This document shows, one piece after another, positions 13,211-26,850 of a stretch of DNA of 64,000 nucleotides. A program made the translations under genes and the position numbers. The notes beneath the pieces are model-generated. The model worked only from the letters and a program-made list of their open reading frames with translations, did no database searches and was not told the origin of the DNA. Within the stretch, counting starts at the first letter, position 1. Each line of letters begins with the position of its first letter. Origin of the DNA: Camelus ferus (taxonomy: Eukaryota); NCBI RefSeq assembly GCF_009834535.1, contig NC_045697.1, positions 72,356,001 through 72,420,000 on the forward strand, in the 5' to 3' direction.

Positions 13211-13637
13211 AAGCATACCTTGTTTTATTGTGCTTCATGGCCACTGTGTTTGGGTGGAAGGGAAGGTTTTTTTCCCCCCAAACAAATTGAAGGTTTGTGG
13301 CAACCCTGTATCCAGCAGGTCTATGGGCACTGTTTTTCTAACAGCATTTGTTCACTTTGTGCCTTTTAATCTTATTGTTTATTCTTACAATATTTCAAAC
13401 CCTCCACCAGCAAAAAGGTTACAACCTGCTGAAGGTTCAGATGATTTGTGTTTTTTTTTTTTAAACAAGTATTTTTAAATTAAGGTAGGTACTTTTAGAC
13501 TACAGTAAACATAACTTTTATAGGCACTGGGAATAACCCCTCCTCCCCTGAAAAAAGTGACTTGGTTTATTGTGATATTCGCTTTATGTTGGTGGTCTGG
13601 AACCAAACCCTCAACATCTATCTTCAAAGTGCGCCTG
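13211..13637. mobile_element. Tigger1-like (TcMar) internally deleted DNA transposon
   Basis: Starts agcataccttgttttattgtgcttc and ends gaaccaaaccctcaacatc...gcctg, resembling Tigger1 termini. Confidence 0.75.
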
Positions 13638-16600
13638 TCCACCTCAAAATAAAGACAAAAACTGTCCTCTTAAAAAATGAGAAAGTTACAATCAAATATT
13701 TTCCTACCATAAGAACTTAGGGCAGTTCTTAACATTCACGTTATTTGCTGAACTTTCAGACCACCTCACAGGCCCTTGCTTCTACCAACTTAAATACTCT
13801 GTTCTTTCTAACCACACTGCCACCCACTAACCTCATTTTCCACTTAAAAAAATCTATCATGAGGCTAAGTGAGTACCCATTTTGGTTTGTTCTCTTTATC
13901 CCCTCAACTCAGTCTTGTCTTTTACTCAACACTGAGTAAAATTCTAGAAAAACCTACCTCTTTAGGTAGAAGTTTGCTCTTAGCTAAACATGTATTTTCT
14001 ACAATTCCATCTGACCTTGTATTTCCAACAAGTAAGTATTTTAGTCCTTCCACAACTTGTGCAAAACCCATATGGATAATATAGTTAGAAAATAACACTG
14101 CTTCTTTGCAAGTTTTTTAAAAATTTAAAATGATACAGCTTTATTTATATATACCTATATATAAATACCTATAGTATAGAGGTTTATAGACACTTGAGAT
14201 AATAATGGTTTTCTAAGAAAAAGGCAGGGATTACATAACATTGCAGGAAGACAACTAGAGCAAATATTCACTTTAAATAATGCACTTCAGAAAACAGCAA
14301 ACTGTTCAGTCTAAATTTACGACATTAAAGAAAAAAAATCAATGTAGAAGTCCTTGGGGTAAACATTTTAAACTATACATATATCAAATTATTATGTTGT
14401 ACATTTATTACATTATATACCAATTATATTTCAAAAATAAAATGGGAAAAAAGAACTGCTTTAATATACACTTTGTCAATTTGCTTCTGAAACTGAAACT
14501 ACAACTGCTTATAAGATTATCAAGGCAGCCAGAGACCCCAGGATTCACAATCTTAAGATGATGGAAGATCAGATCAGATCTTTATGCTTGCCTATGCAAA
14601 TACACCCTCATATGTAAAATTAAGAATGGGAGAAAATTCATTCCAAACACTTTGAGATTCTGATAGTAGCAATTACAGAAGCTCTTATTCTTGAGTCAAG
14701 CAACTAGTTAAAAGAAAGTATGCACAGCTTAAAAAAAAAAAAAACTAAAAACAAAAAACAAAAAAAACTTCCAAAATACCAAATATATCAGAACTGAATC
14801 ATAGGTTTTTCATAAAAAAGAGGAATTATACTGGCAACCTGAACTAATCAACTATCCAAGTGACTTTCATAGGCTAGATCAACTCTCATAAAGCATTTAT
14901 TTGCATTCCTTGATCAGCCACTTTATTACAATGGCAAGCTACTTTAACACCATCAAGGTATATACTTTATTATAGGTAAGAATCAAACACAGTCTAACTG
15001 ATATGAAGAGAATTTTCCCACGTTCCAAAACATAAGTTCTGTTGCTTAACTCGCCCACCAAAAAAAGATAAACCGGAAGCTAACTTACGCAGCCTAATTC
15101 CTCTTAAGAAACATATGGGTTCACAAAAATCTATTTTAAGGTAAAACTTAACTTGTTCCAAACCACCCTCCCCTCTTTCCCATAGAACAATAAAGATCTG
15201 AATTTTCAAAAATGCTATTAAGAACCCAAACACAAAATTACACATGCAGCTCATATACAGCATCATGAAATAAGGATTTTGAACATGCACATCCCTCAAT
15301 ATGATCGTTAGTTTGGAGTCTCATTTTTAATCCAATTTAGACCCACAATTTCACTGGCGTGTTTCCTCATCTCTAAAACAGGAATGCCTATTTTTACAGA
15401 AGTTTTGAGAGAATGAATGAGACAAAGTACCCTAGCACTCTAACTGGCATATAATGTTATTAGGTACTCAGCAAGCAGACAACTCATCTTGAAGGCAAGA
15501 TTTCCTGGATAGGCACTATTTGCGTATTTGTTTATTAACAAATAAATGCAAAACCACTTTATAAATAGGTTCCATGCTATAGCCATAACTCACTTAAATC
15601 TTTTGCTTATGAGATGAATTTTTACACTTAGCTGTCTATAACATACTCTTCTAGCAATTACATGGTCATGGTATGTTATATATTAAATAGTACAAGGTCA
15701 GCAGTTCAAGGAATATTTGTGGATGGTATTCTAAAAAAATCATGTTATTAGGTTAAGCTGTATGAAATTACTAATACTTGACCATTTTTGGCCTACACAA
15801 ACTGCAATTTCATGGGATTCTACCTAAAAATGTCTGGTAAGCGTGTGAATTCAACTATTACTAAAATGAACTTCTTACACCAATCTACCCCAAATGATGT
15901 ACTTAATGTTTTAAGTATGTTAACTGGTAAAAATGCCTGCAGAAAAATATCTAGCAGTTACTTTTAAGTAAAAAATTAAAAATTAATGACGGTTAGTCTA
16001 ACAAAATACTCAATAGTGATGTTAAAACAACTTCATAATAAATGATAAGTTTAGTAATCTATAAAGTTGACCTAGAATATATCAACATTCTACTTGAAAG
16101 TTGCACATTTTATGAAAAATCTAAATATTTTAATCAGTTTTCCTGCACTGGTAACTATGACATTTTCACTCCTTTAGAGTGAATGTATAATTTCAGCTAG
16201 TTAGCACTGAATTTCAGCTCTTTACTCCCGTAATTTCAAGCTCTTATTCCACTCAGATATTTCTAAATGCCTTAGTTTCCAAGTTCTCCATGACTAAGAC
16301 ACCTCTGAAGTAATACTCAAAGATCTAGTATTTGGGCAATTAACTTAGGTAACCAAATCTACTTTAAAGTCAACATCAAAAAGTGACCTACAAGTACTTT
16401 TAAGGATCAAAACAGACCTTTTAAATCATACAGCACTTATCTCTAAGATGCCAAATAATTCTCACATTATGCCTATAGCAAATTAGATATAAAAACATCG
16501 CAGCAGGGAAAAAAAAATGAGAAAAAGCGTAAGTCATCTCAGATGCTCTCCTAACGCAGCAGTTTGTCTACTCAAACCTTCTTCTTCTTTCTTGGAAATG

Positions 16601-17334
16601 CTTTTCTCTTACTCCAAAGGTACGACTGTAGCGTTGGGTGACTGTCAGCCACCATTAAACAGTTACTCAGATAGTGCTAATCATAGAATTTTGTTCCTTC
16701 AGCTTCAGTGAGTTCAAAGAGTAACCTAAGCTGGAACCTGACCTTATCAGTTTGTCCATCCATCCCTACCTAGGATTTTTCAAATTGAAGCTGGAAGGGA
16801 CACTTCTTCCTTTTCTCATTAGGAGCTATAAGGATGTGACCCAGAGCTGCTGGCAGGCATATGCCCTAAAGTTGCTTGGTGAATCCAAAGAAAAAGAGGC
16901 CACACTGGGCAGCAGACATAAAGAATTGACTTGGCATACAGACATGCAATTTCTGTTACCACGGTTTTAGCTTGCTCTAATTCCTACAGTTATTGCTTTG
17001 ATTGTTAACTACTCCAGTCTTCTTCTAATCCGGGGGGGGGGGGGGGGCTGCAAAAACAGAGTGAGGAGAGATTCACTCTAGGTGGAGTGCTACCTGGGCC
17101 CCATTAACAATTATACACATTTTATTCCATGAAAACACAATGTACTGCTTCAGTCTTGCTAAAAACATGTAAGAAATATAAATGAAGCAAAGCCTCAAAA
17201 TCAAACTAGAGGAAGCAGGGAGAACTCATGGGTCCTACCTAGTAAAGAGTTAAACTTTCAATCACAGAAGAGATTAATTTAAATTCATTTCTAAAATAAA
17301 AAGTGTAATATTAGCTCGTTTCACCATCAAAACA

Positions 17335-18120
17335 TTTATTCATTTACATGAAGACTGCCTTTTTGGTGTCAAGTATGCCAGGTCTGAAAATACCAAAATA
17401 GAACATGAATGCTTCCCCCAATAGACTGAGCTAATAGAAAGCAGACACATAGAAAAAGAAATTGTGTTTCAACAACCTATGTGCTTAAAATAAAGGCATT
17501 CAAATGTTTCGTGAACCCTGAAAAGGTTATGGCTAACCTTGCACCTGCATTTAACAGTGACATTCAAGCTGGATCTTGATGGAGGGATAGGCAATCTAGG
17601 TAGAAAAACTAATTCAAAACCAGGCGTGTGAAAAGAAAACAGGTTGTAAAAAACTTGCTTGTAGTTTGGTATACCAGAGACACAACAGGGTACACATAAG
17701 GGAGTAGCAGATGTGGCTAGAAAGGTTTATCAGGGGTGTATCTTTTTGAGAGCTTTGAACATTATGTCAAAGACTGTCCCAAGGCAATGGGAAGTCATTG
17801 AGCTTTTGTATAGCATTGTTTTACAGGTTCTAAAATTTTAAATGGTGTAAAAAAGAAAGTATCATTCAGAACACTGGCTCTTAACATTTGTGACAAGGAC
17901 AAAGACTTCTAAGAATCTGATTAAATACTGACTCTCTATCTCCCAAACACACAAGCCCACACAAAATTTTACTTAATTTATGGGGTGTCACAGACCCTCC
18001 TTATTGTAGAAATCTGTACTATAAAGGACAGATGAGTAGATAACTACATTAGGATATTTATAGCAGTAATTCTGGTGAGAGAAGAAAAAGAACTAAGTCA
18101 CTGAGGATGAAACAAGATCT
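17335..18120 (-). mobile_element. Degraded L2 fragment
   Basis: L2 3'-end-like start (catttattcattt...) and purine-rich body. Confidence 0.5.
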
Positions 18121-21084
18121 TAAAACACTGATCATTTTATTACCCTTACAACCATCTTTGGTTTTCACCTCATAAAATGACTTTAGAGCCTAAAAGTTTC
18201 ACAGGCTTTAGGGACAAAATTTATAAAATTATATGAAGAACTGAAATTGTTAGTTCTTTGTTTCTTAGTAAAGAGGAACAGTGACAAGGATCAGAAAGAA
18301 GAGTTCACTTATGGCACCAATAGAATCTTTGTACTCTGTTGACCATACCTCCCCACCAAGGAGAAAAGTGTTATTCAAGTGGGTTCTTTGCCAATTTTAA
18401 GACCACTGAAATAAGAAAATAGTTGGCTGGCAGGGGAGGCTGGCAAATACTAGCAGTTGCTAAAGGGTCCACTTACCTTGAAAGGACACTAAGATGGATC
18501 AAAGATACATAACTAGGGTACAATGCTAAAAACTGTACTGCCCATTAAAAAAAGTTAAAGACATTTCTTTGCCATTCCTCTGAATTGCTTCTCTTGAAAC
18601 CTCCCGCACACCTGGCTAGTGTGAGAATCCAGGCCTTCTCCCACTGGGAAATGTATTTCTCCTTTCCCTTTAAAAGCCTAAATAGACCCAGTGGAAAAGG
18701 AGTCAAACAAATTTCTCTAAAAGGCAACCAACAGGTAAAGCTTAAGTCAGTGAGTGTTCTCATCTGGAGGTACATGATTAAATAGTAATGAGTTAAACAA
18801 TTCTTTACATGGGACTCAAAAGAGAAAGCTTACAGTTTATTTTGAGGAGGATCTTTGATCATTACGGGACACAGTATCTTTGACAACTGACTGTTGGGAG
18901 GTAAAACATGAAAAGGCTGAAAGACACTGGCCAGAACACTGCTAAATATTTGTTTTTTGCTTCTCTATTCTCTACATCTTCCTCATTCAATGAAGTGAAA
19001 TGACTAACCACAGACTACAAAGAACAGGAAACCAAGGTATAGAACACATTAAAGGCCTGGAGGAATGACAGATAAGTGTAAGAAATGGTATCTGCCTCCA
19101 AAGAGCTTACAAATTATAAATACCAGAACTATTTATGAATAACGAAACTACAGAGCAGCCATATTAGATGACTCTCTAGTAAGACTTAATTAAGATCTCT
19201 AGTAACTATTATTTAAGCATTCTGCTAAACGTTGTCAATGATGGCCACTACTCACACATCAGATCAACTTAACCGAAGTCAGTATTTTTGAAAACAAAGT
19301 TTCTATTTAATCAATTCTGCTATCGAAGTGTAACTCCCTCAATAATCTTGTCTAGTTTGTCCAAGTTTCATCGTTCTGCCAAGTGCTTGCCAAAATTTAA
19401 CTTGGATGATTACTATGGTTAAGACCAAGTTCACAGATTTCATCTTTAAGTACGATAATTACCACCACATTCCACAATTTGTTATCCCAATCTCTGCCAT
19501 CTATCTTGCAACATCACACAAAGTCATAATGATAGAAGGACAGATGTATTTCCTCTCATCACTTTGAGGGAAACTTAAAAGTTCATTCCATTAATTCGTT
19601 GTATTTTATTCAAGAGTCCATTCCTTTCGAAACTTTTACTTGTATCACCATGGGAATTAGCACTATAAAGACAGCCTTTGCCTCTTAAACCTATACTGAG
19701 TAACAAGCTACTACCACCTTGGGAGCTGGAAGAGATGAGGGCATGAGGCAGGAATCAAGGAGAGCTAAGTGCTTTATCAGAAATTTTGAGGCAAAAATCA
19801 CCCTCAAAGAGTCTTTATAACCTAGCAAGTATAAAGATACATATTCAGACCAATAGCAGAGGTCAGAATGTAATGTTAACTGTCCAATCATGTAGACAGT
19901 TAACTCCTCTAACTGTTCTTATAAAGATTGTTTGCTATTAAGTAAACAAAATTTAAACTTTAATGTTGTGAAATTTTACATACCATATGTAGATAAAAAT
20001 AGCAAGGAAGGAAACAAATATCTCAAACGCATGGGTACCGGAAGTCCTTTCAAAAGAAGGAAGTTTAGCAAAAACTTTGGGATCGGAACAATTTCATACA
20101 TAGACTTAAGAATGGTCCTTTTAAAAATCATTTTAGTCTGGAATTTCTTCTGAGAAATCCCAAGTTCCTTTTATCTTAAGGATTAAGAGGTGGCTCTGCA
20201 CCATTTCTCATTACATCACTGACAAGATATTAACTTCCTGTTTAGTTGTAACTATGTGAGACAAGTATGCCTGTTCATTCAGACAAGGTATAAAGAATGG
20301 CTTGAATGAATAATACTATAATCTTCTTTCTTAAGAGCACTATAAAAAAAAAAGTCACTTAAGATTACTCAAAGCTGTTATTTTGTAAGCATTATCTCTA
20401 AATGGGCAAATTTACTTTCCAAGCTTTGATCCATGAAAGCAAGTAAGGCATTTTATAGATATGAAAAACAAAAATTAACAGCAGTCCAGTGGGTGAAAAC
20501 ATTCAATTATACATTAGCCATGAAATTACAACGCTAGGATTAATGTGTATTCCATCCTGAAAATGAACAAGAAATCAAGTAGCAGTAAATCACAACTGAG
20601 ACCTAAAATGAAATAGAATTCAACTACGAAGAGCTGTTTGGAAGTCTCTGAATGATACAAGATAATGCTGAAAGTACAGCTGCAGATAAAAATCTGATGT
20701 TTGGACAAAGTATAAAATACTACACTGAACTTTTTCCCAACCCCACATGAGAGAGCTGCAGGTACTATTTTGAGAATAAATCTTACCTGACAACACAGAC
20801 TGACTAATAAAATACTAAATGTATCCATTCTTAATTACACTATACGATTTTGAACTAAGATCACTGTTACGGTAGCAAAACCAGATTAAGAGCACATTTC
20901 CGGTTAAATAAAAATTTAATTTTGCTAATACTAGTTTGTCTTGGCAAGTTAACTAAAGTACAGTGATAAAAGGGAAACCACATTGCAACGACAAAATATA
21001 GTGCAGGATAGATAAACCTATCTTTAATAACAATGGGTAAATATGGTATGAATAGATTCCCTTTAAGTTAATTAAGTGCTTCCC

Positions 21085-21166
21085 CTTGACTGGGACCTTA
21101 TGCTGTACACCAGAAATTGACCCGTTGTAACTGACTACACTTCAATAAAAAAATAAATGAATAAAA
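21085..21166 (+). mobile_element. Very short L1 3'-end insertion
   Basis: atgctgtacaccagaaattgac...actgactacacttcaataaaa resembles the tails of the 4320 and 46171 copies; flanked by gcttccc repeats. Confidence 0.7.
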
Positions 21167-22234
21167 GCTTCCCTTACTTGATTTACAATTGTGAAGTTAT
21201 ATAGTATGACAAACACCTATTTATGTGTTTATATGCTTGTTTCCTCCACTCAAAGCAGAGATTCTCATGGGTATAAAGAGGCTTCCCTATTTTTTATCCC
21301 CTGGGGACTAGGCTATTGTGCCAAACAGTAAGATCTCAGTAAGTATTGATTAAATGATAATCCTTTATGTCTGAGCTTCTTAACCAGAGGAAGGCTTCAG
21401 AATCACCTAGGGGACATTTCAAAATCATGCCTGTTCCCAGAGAAATGACTCAGTAAGTCTGGTAAGACCCCATGTACCTATATTCTTTAAAAAACTGTTT
21501 AACATTCAGATACAGAAATGCAACCCATGTCAAAACCTACATACACAATACCAAACAGAATGAAAAGCTAATTTAGGACTTGAGAATTTAATCTGAAACA
21601 TTTTTATCTCAGTACTTGGTGTCTTCTTTAATAAGAGATTATTGTGAAATTCTTTGGAAAATTGTAGAGAATTCACTATGTGGGATCACAAAGGGCACCT
21701 GTATCCATGAGTTAATATACAACATGATAGAAATATCCAGGAAGTTTTTCCCCCAGTGCTAGCAAGAATATTCAACTTTCTACCTGTATGAATAACAACT
21801 AGAATTAGCACTGCATAAGATCATGATGAAAGCAAATAGTATCAAAGTTATCCTTATCCAAATTAAATACTGAAGTCATTAAATGATCAGCACCCCTCAG
21901 TCAACAACTGCCCCACAAACTAAGTTAGCTGGCTATACAAGCCTTGAGGATGTCTTACAATATGCAAGACATAGTATATATGGCCTATAAGCTCACTGGA
22001 AACAAGTATATTTTGTCTGATGCCCTAAGTGATTAGTCAGCACATAGTGGTTCCCCTAGTCACTGAAGACACTGACCAAAAAGAAATTCACTACTTTCAA
22101 AACCTATGTCAGCTAAAACTAAACTCTCAAATCAGCTGTAACTTAAGAATAAAGTTAGATCCCAATTATTTAAATGTGAAGTGGGAAAATTTCAGGAAGC
22201 AAGATTAAATTTAGGAATTGAAATGGTTCAAAAC

Positions 22235-22770
22235 AGCAGTACAGCATGGTGGAGTTTAAGAGCTTGAGCCCTTGAGGTAGACTATCTGATTTGAATCTCA
22301 GTCCCTTACTAGCCATCTCACCTCAGACAAGTAACTTACTCTGTGCCTGTTTCCTCATGCATAAAATGGAACGGTAAGAGCATCCATCTTATATGGTTGT
22401 TGTGAAGACTGAGTTGACACCCATTAAAGGGCTTAGAAATAGTGTTCAGTATGTGGTAGATGCTAAATCCTAGCTATTACCAGAAGGATACATGCAAAAG
22501 AAACTTTAATAACAAAAAACTAAAAGATGACATGACAATGTAGCAGTTAACAGCACACACTGTGAAGCCTGACTGCCTAGTTCTATTTCCAACTCTGCCA
22601 TGATATGACCTTGGGTGTGTTTTTAACCTCTCTGTGCCTCAGGCTTCTACTCTCAAGAATGGAAATAATGTTTTTTACCTATTTCCTTGGGTTGTTACAA
22701 GATTAAATGAGTGAATGCAAGTGTTTCAAACAGTTCTGACACACTGCAAACTCTCAAATCATGAGCTATT
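22235..22770 (+). mobile_element. Two adjacent MIR SINEs
   Basis: MIR core motifs (ctctgtgcctcag, tttcctcat...taaaatgg, gttgtgaagattaaatgag). Confidence 0.75.
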
Positions 22771-23504
22771 CTTGCAGGCTTGGTCCACGTTATATTTTGT
22801 AAAGTTCTCTTTAAACTTCTCAAAAATATATGTACTGTGGTCATTTTGTTTAATGAGGGTAGTAAAATTGTCCACAGCCCCCAAATATCAACTTGGGAGT
22901 TCGCATTTTTGATGCTTGCTGTTTAATAGTCTTGTAAGACTATAGCTTGTCCAAATAAAGAATACAGAAGAAAAGGGGGGGGGGTGTTATCTGATAAGGC
23001 TGCTTGGTCTAAGAAATATTCAAACAAAAAATTATAAGCTTTAGAAAACATAAGCTTTGGGGAAAAAACAAATTCAAATGCTTAAATCACATAAACTACT
23101 TATTATTGATTAAAAAATATTCCAACAGTAAGCATTTCAGTAAAATATCAGTGAAGAATACAGATAAATCTTACTAGAGTTTGGGGGGTCTGCAAAAAAG
23201 AATAAATTCAAAACAAGTACATGACATGAAATAGCATACTAACATCAGTGTCTATGCAACTTCAATATTTCTAGGAAGAGGTGCCTAAAATAGCATCTCT
23301 CAGTTTTCCAATTGCCAAACTTGTTTGAATCTGGGATTTTTAAGTTTCACCATATAATTCTGACATTTGACAGCTGAAAACCAAAACAGATGCACAACAA
23401 AACTTTTCTATAGGTTGAATCAATAATGTCCCACATTAAACACAGTTTTTTCCAGTTTGGAAAATGTTATGTCAAGTTTCTGTATTACACAGACTTTAAA
23501 ATAT

Positions 23505-23564
23505 TACTAGACTAGAAAACTTTTTTAATTAAAGTACTAGACTAGAAAACTTCTTTAATAAAAG
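23505..23564. repeat. 30-bp tandem duplication
   Basis: tactagactagaaaactt(t/c)tttaat(t/a)aaag twice. Confidence 0.9.
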
Positions 23565-24760
23565 CTTTTGAAAATTAAAAATAGTAATAATAAAGTTGCA
23601 GTAATAATTTGAGTGCCGTGTGTTATGGGCCTGTTCCAAGCCACTTGTTAAACTTATTTAATCCTTAAAAATCTTAAGACTCCCAAATTTGTTTTGCTCA
23701 ATGCTGTATCCTTAAGGGTCTAGAATAGTGCCGGCACATATTAAGCACTCAATTATTTGTAACTCATATGTAACAAACTATTCATTTTACAGAGGAACAG
23801 ATAAATCTGCCCAGTCCGAGAATTCTAACTAGGGCATTTCTGCTCCAAAGTTCACACTCTTAACCATTATATTGCCTCTCTAGAGCTTTTAAATCATTAA
23901 AGTGGTGTCACATCAGCTGGGTATCACCTGTAAGAGAAAAAAAATCAATTGAGACCTTCCTTTATAAAGTGTTCTGTTCCACATGCATAAAAAGCTATGG
24001 ATTTGAAATTATTCCCATCTTAGTGGCCTGAATTTCCCATAGACACAAGGTTTTGATTTGTACTGAATGTTCTTTCTATTAACTACATTGCAAAATATAA
24101 CTATGCTTCTTCAGTGTGTTGCTGGCCTTCAAAGTGGTCACAGAAAGATATTTAACAATCCTTTTTACGTTAACCCTTAACTTCTAAACCCCTCCTCTCC
24201 TCCTCCATTGTCTCAAAATACAAAGATTTAAGTTTGTGTTTCACATAAACCCACAATGTAATGATGACCTAAAACAAAATTCACGATTTCAACATCAATA
24301 CATTGAGTGAAGATCTAAACCATTATTCATAAAATACTAGTTTTGCCAAGTAAATTCCAAAATCATACATACTAAATAAATGTAAAATTCAGCAGGTCTA
24401 TTTTCACTAAAGTCCTTGCCATTCTTTCCATGTAAACTCTTTTCAAAAAGTAATCAAAACCGAAGTTTGTAACCCACAACCTCTTCTGACTCTTAGTTTT
24501 AGTAAGGCTGAATTTATTCCATGGCATTTTTTACAAGTTAGCTGTAAATACTCCACCCTCCTCGATTGTGCAAGAACCAAACACACCACACACACCAATT
24601 ACAGAAAAGGGAAATACTGTCTGAGAATTTGAGTAAGTCTTGAGCAGGAGGGCTTAGACCAGTGTACAACTTGATGCAGAAGTTAAAACATTTAACAAAG
24701 AATGTTATTTCGTATTATTACGAAAGGAGATGCCGGAAAGAGCCTGAACCAGTTAAAGCA

Positions 24761-24771
24761 GCCGCCATCTT
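24761..24771 (+). promoter_or_regulatory. YY1 consensus site in the CpG-island shore (intronic)
   Basis: GCCGCCATCTT matches CCGCCATNTT; an ETS-like CCGGAA lies at 24733. Confidence 0.55.
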
Positions 24772-25727
24772 AAAATGCGGGATAGAAGTTAGAGCAAGAA
24801 AATGAGACTAAACCACCGGAGGTGGAGGTTCCGTTCACCCCCGGAGCCTCGAAAAACCCTATTTTTTTTTTTCAACTTGGATCCACAGTCTAGTAACAAA
24901 CCTCGTTTTAAATAGCGAAACAATTTTCCCGGAGAATATTATCTGGACTGAGGCAAAAATACGTAGACCTAGCCTTCTCTTGCTGCCACTGCACTCCTTA
25001 TCCCCCCTACACCCCTCCAGCCAAAAGAAAAAGGGAGCTTCCAGAAGGCTTTTTACATCAGTTTCCGCTGTGCCTCGGATAAATACCTTCGGCTGAAAAG
25101 CCCCAACTACAAAACATAGGAAGTGGCAACACTGTGTCAGCCTATCTCATCCCAACCCCACTTATTCTTGTGTAACCTGCCCAGAGTCGACGAACAGTTT
25201 CTGATGAAACTCATTCACTATTCTTAAGTTGGCAAGACTTCTACCCCGACCCCTAACAAAGTTCGGATCCGCCAGATTTCTAAGATCATCTCCACTGAGT
25301 TTCCTATGTTTGTTCCTCCAGAAGGCCTAGAGCCTTGATCTTACAACTAAAGTAAGTTCTCAAGCACGGAAAATAGGAAGCGCCATGACATCTGCTGGAG
25401 CGTCTCTCGGCCAATTCTGACTCCCAAACCGGACTAACTTACAGAAGCAGAACCGAGGCGCCTGAGATCACTCTCCTCCATCCCCAGTTTACACCGATTC
25501 CACTGAAACATACTCAAGATAACACCTCACTTGCCACAAATGTTCAGTTCCCCAGTTTTAAACCTCATTTCTTCATAAAGTATATCCGCGTTCCCCGTTC
25601 CCCAGTGAAAGAAGCGACCCAAGGAAGGATATTTTCATAATTATATCTCCCCCCATTCCAACGCTATCCTCCGGGTCGAGCCCTTCTTTCCTCCCACGAC
25701 CCCATTCCCTTCTGCCCCATGGGTTAC

Positions 25728-25751
25728 CTTATTAATCCGTTTCAGCGCCAT
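25728..25751 (-). CDS. UBE2D3: UBE2D3 first coding segment MALKRINK; the exon extends as 5' UTR to an acceptor at about 25882
   Basis: ATG at 25751-25749 in strong Kozak context (ACTATGG); donor AAG|GTAACC; the seven exons sum to 444 nt = 147 aa plus stop; residues NKELSDLARD fit UBE2D3 rather than UBE2D1/2. Confidence 0.96.
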
Positions 25752-26576
25752 AGTCTGTGCTTTTCGTCTGGCTCCTCACTATCTCGGTGTGTGCTCAAAG
25801 GTCCGGCCAAAACTCTTGATTATCCTGGCGGCTGGGAAGGATTGTCTGTTCGTTTCACACCGGCTCTGCCAGACACAGGCGCCTTTTGCAAAAACGGAGC
25901 AGGTCAGCACTCGCACAGGCCCCGCAGAGACCCCGAAGAAGCCAAGTCCCTCAAAAACGGTCGCGAGCCCGGGTGGGTGGGATGGCAAACCCACCGACAG
26001 CCTCTATGCCGTGCTTCGGCCCGAAGAGGGGGCGAGGGTGACGGGAAGAGCGGAGGGGTGGCTACAAGTTTGACTTCCCGGCCTCTCGAAAGGAAGAGGC
26101 GTAGGAGAAAGGGGTGGGTGCGGGGCAGGGTCCGGAGCCCAGCAGAGGAGGAGCCAGGGCCTAGTCGGCGCTATGCCGGCGTCACTAGGGCAAAGAAAGG
26201 CAAGGGGGGAGGGGAAAACAGGCGACTCCGGACTGACGCCGCGGTTCTTTCGGTTTTTGCTCGAAGGTGCGGCCGGGTAGGGGAAAGAAACAGAAGAGAG
26301 GCTCGGTGTGTCCTGCTGTCCCCGCAGCTAGAGCTATTCTGAGTCGCCCCTGACGCCACCGTACACTCCGCCTTCCAGCGCGCTCCCGCGCGCGCCCGCC
26401 TAGCCACCGCCACCACGCGCCCGTGCGGCCCCTGAAGCTCCGGCTTAGGCGCGAGGACGCGCCCATTCCCCCTCCCCTTTAAGCAGGAGAGGCCCCAGCA
26501 TCTCTAGCCTTCCCACCCTACCCCACCCAACAGGCTGGTCACTCAAGCCACCCAGGGCCTGTATTTCCCCTCTTAC

Positions 26577-26850
26577 CCGGCCGGCCAGCGGGCCGGCCTC
26601 CCTTCCCTTCCCCTAGCCGTCCACACCCACGCTCACAGAGGGGCCGGGGCCTCCCTCAAGCTGCGGCCTCGGCCTCCTCCCCGCGCGGCAGCTGGTGCCT
26701 CCCCGGCCCTACGGGGCTCACGCGCACGACACAGCCACAAGATGTCCGCTCTGACGGAACTACTGCCAGCTGCCACGCTCCGCCCCTCCCCCCTCCTCCT
26801 GCCTCTTCACCGCCGCGTATCAGTCCGCCAACGCCGCCGTCGCGAGCACA
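26577..26850 (-). other. UBE2D3: UBE2D3 non-coding first exon (5' end approximate)
   Basis: GC-rich segment inside the CpG island ending in the donor CGG|GTAAGA at 26576. Confidence 0.7.
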
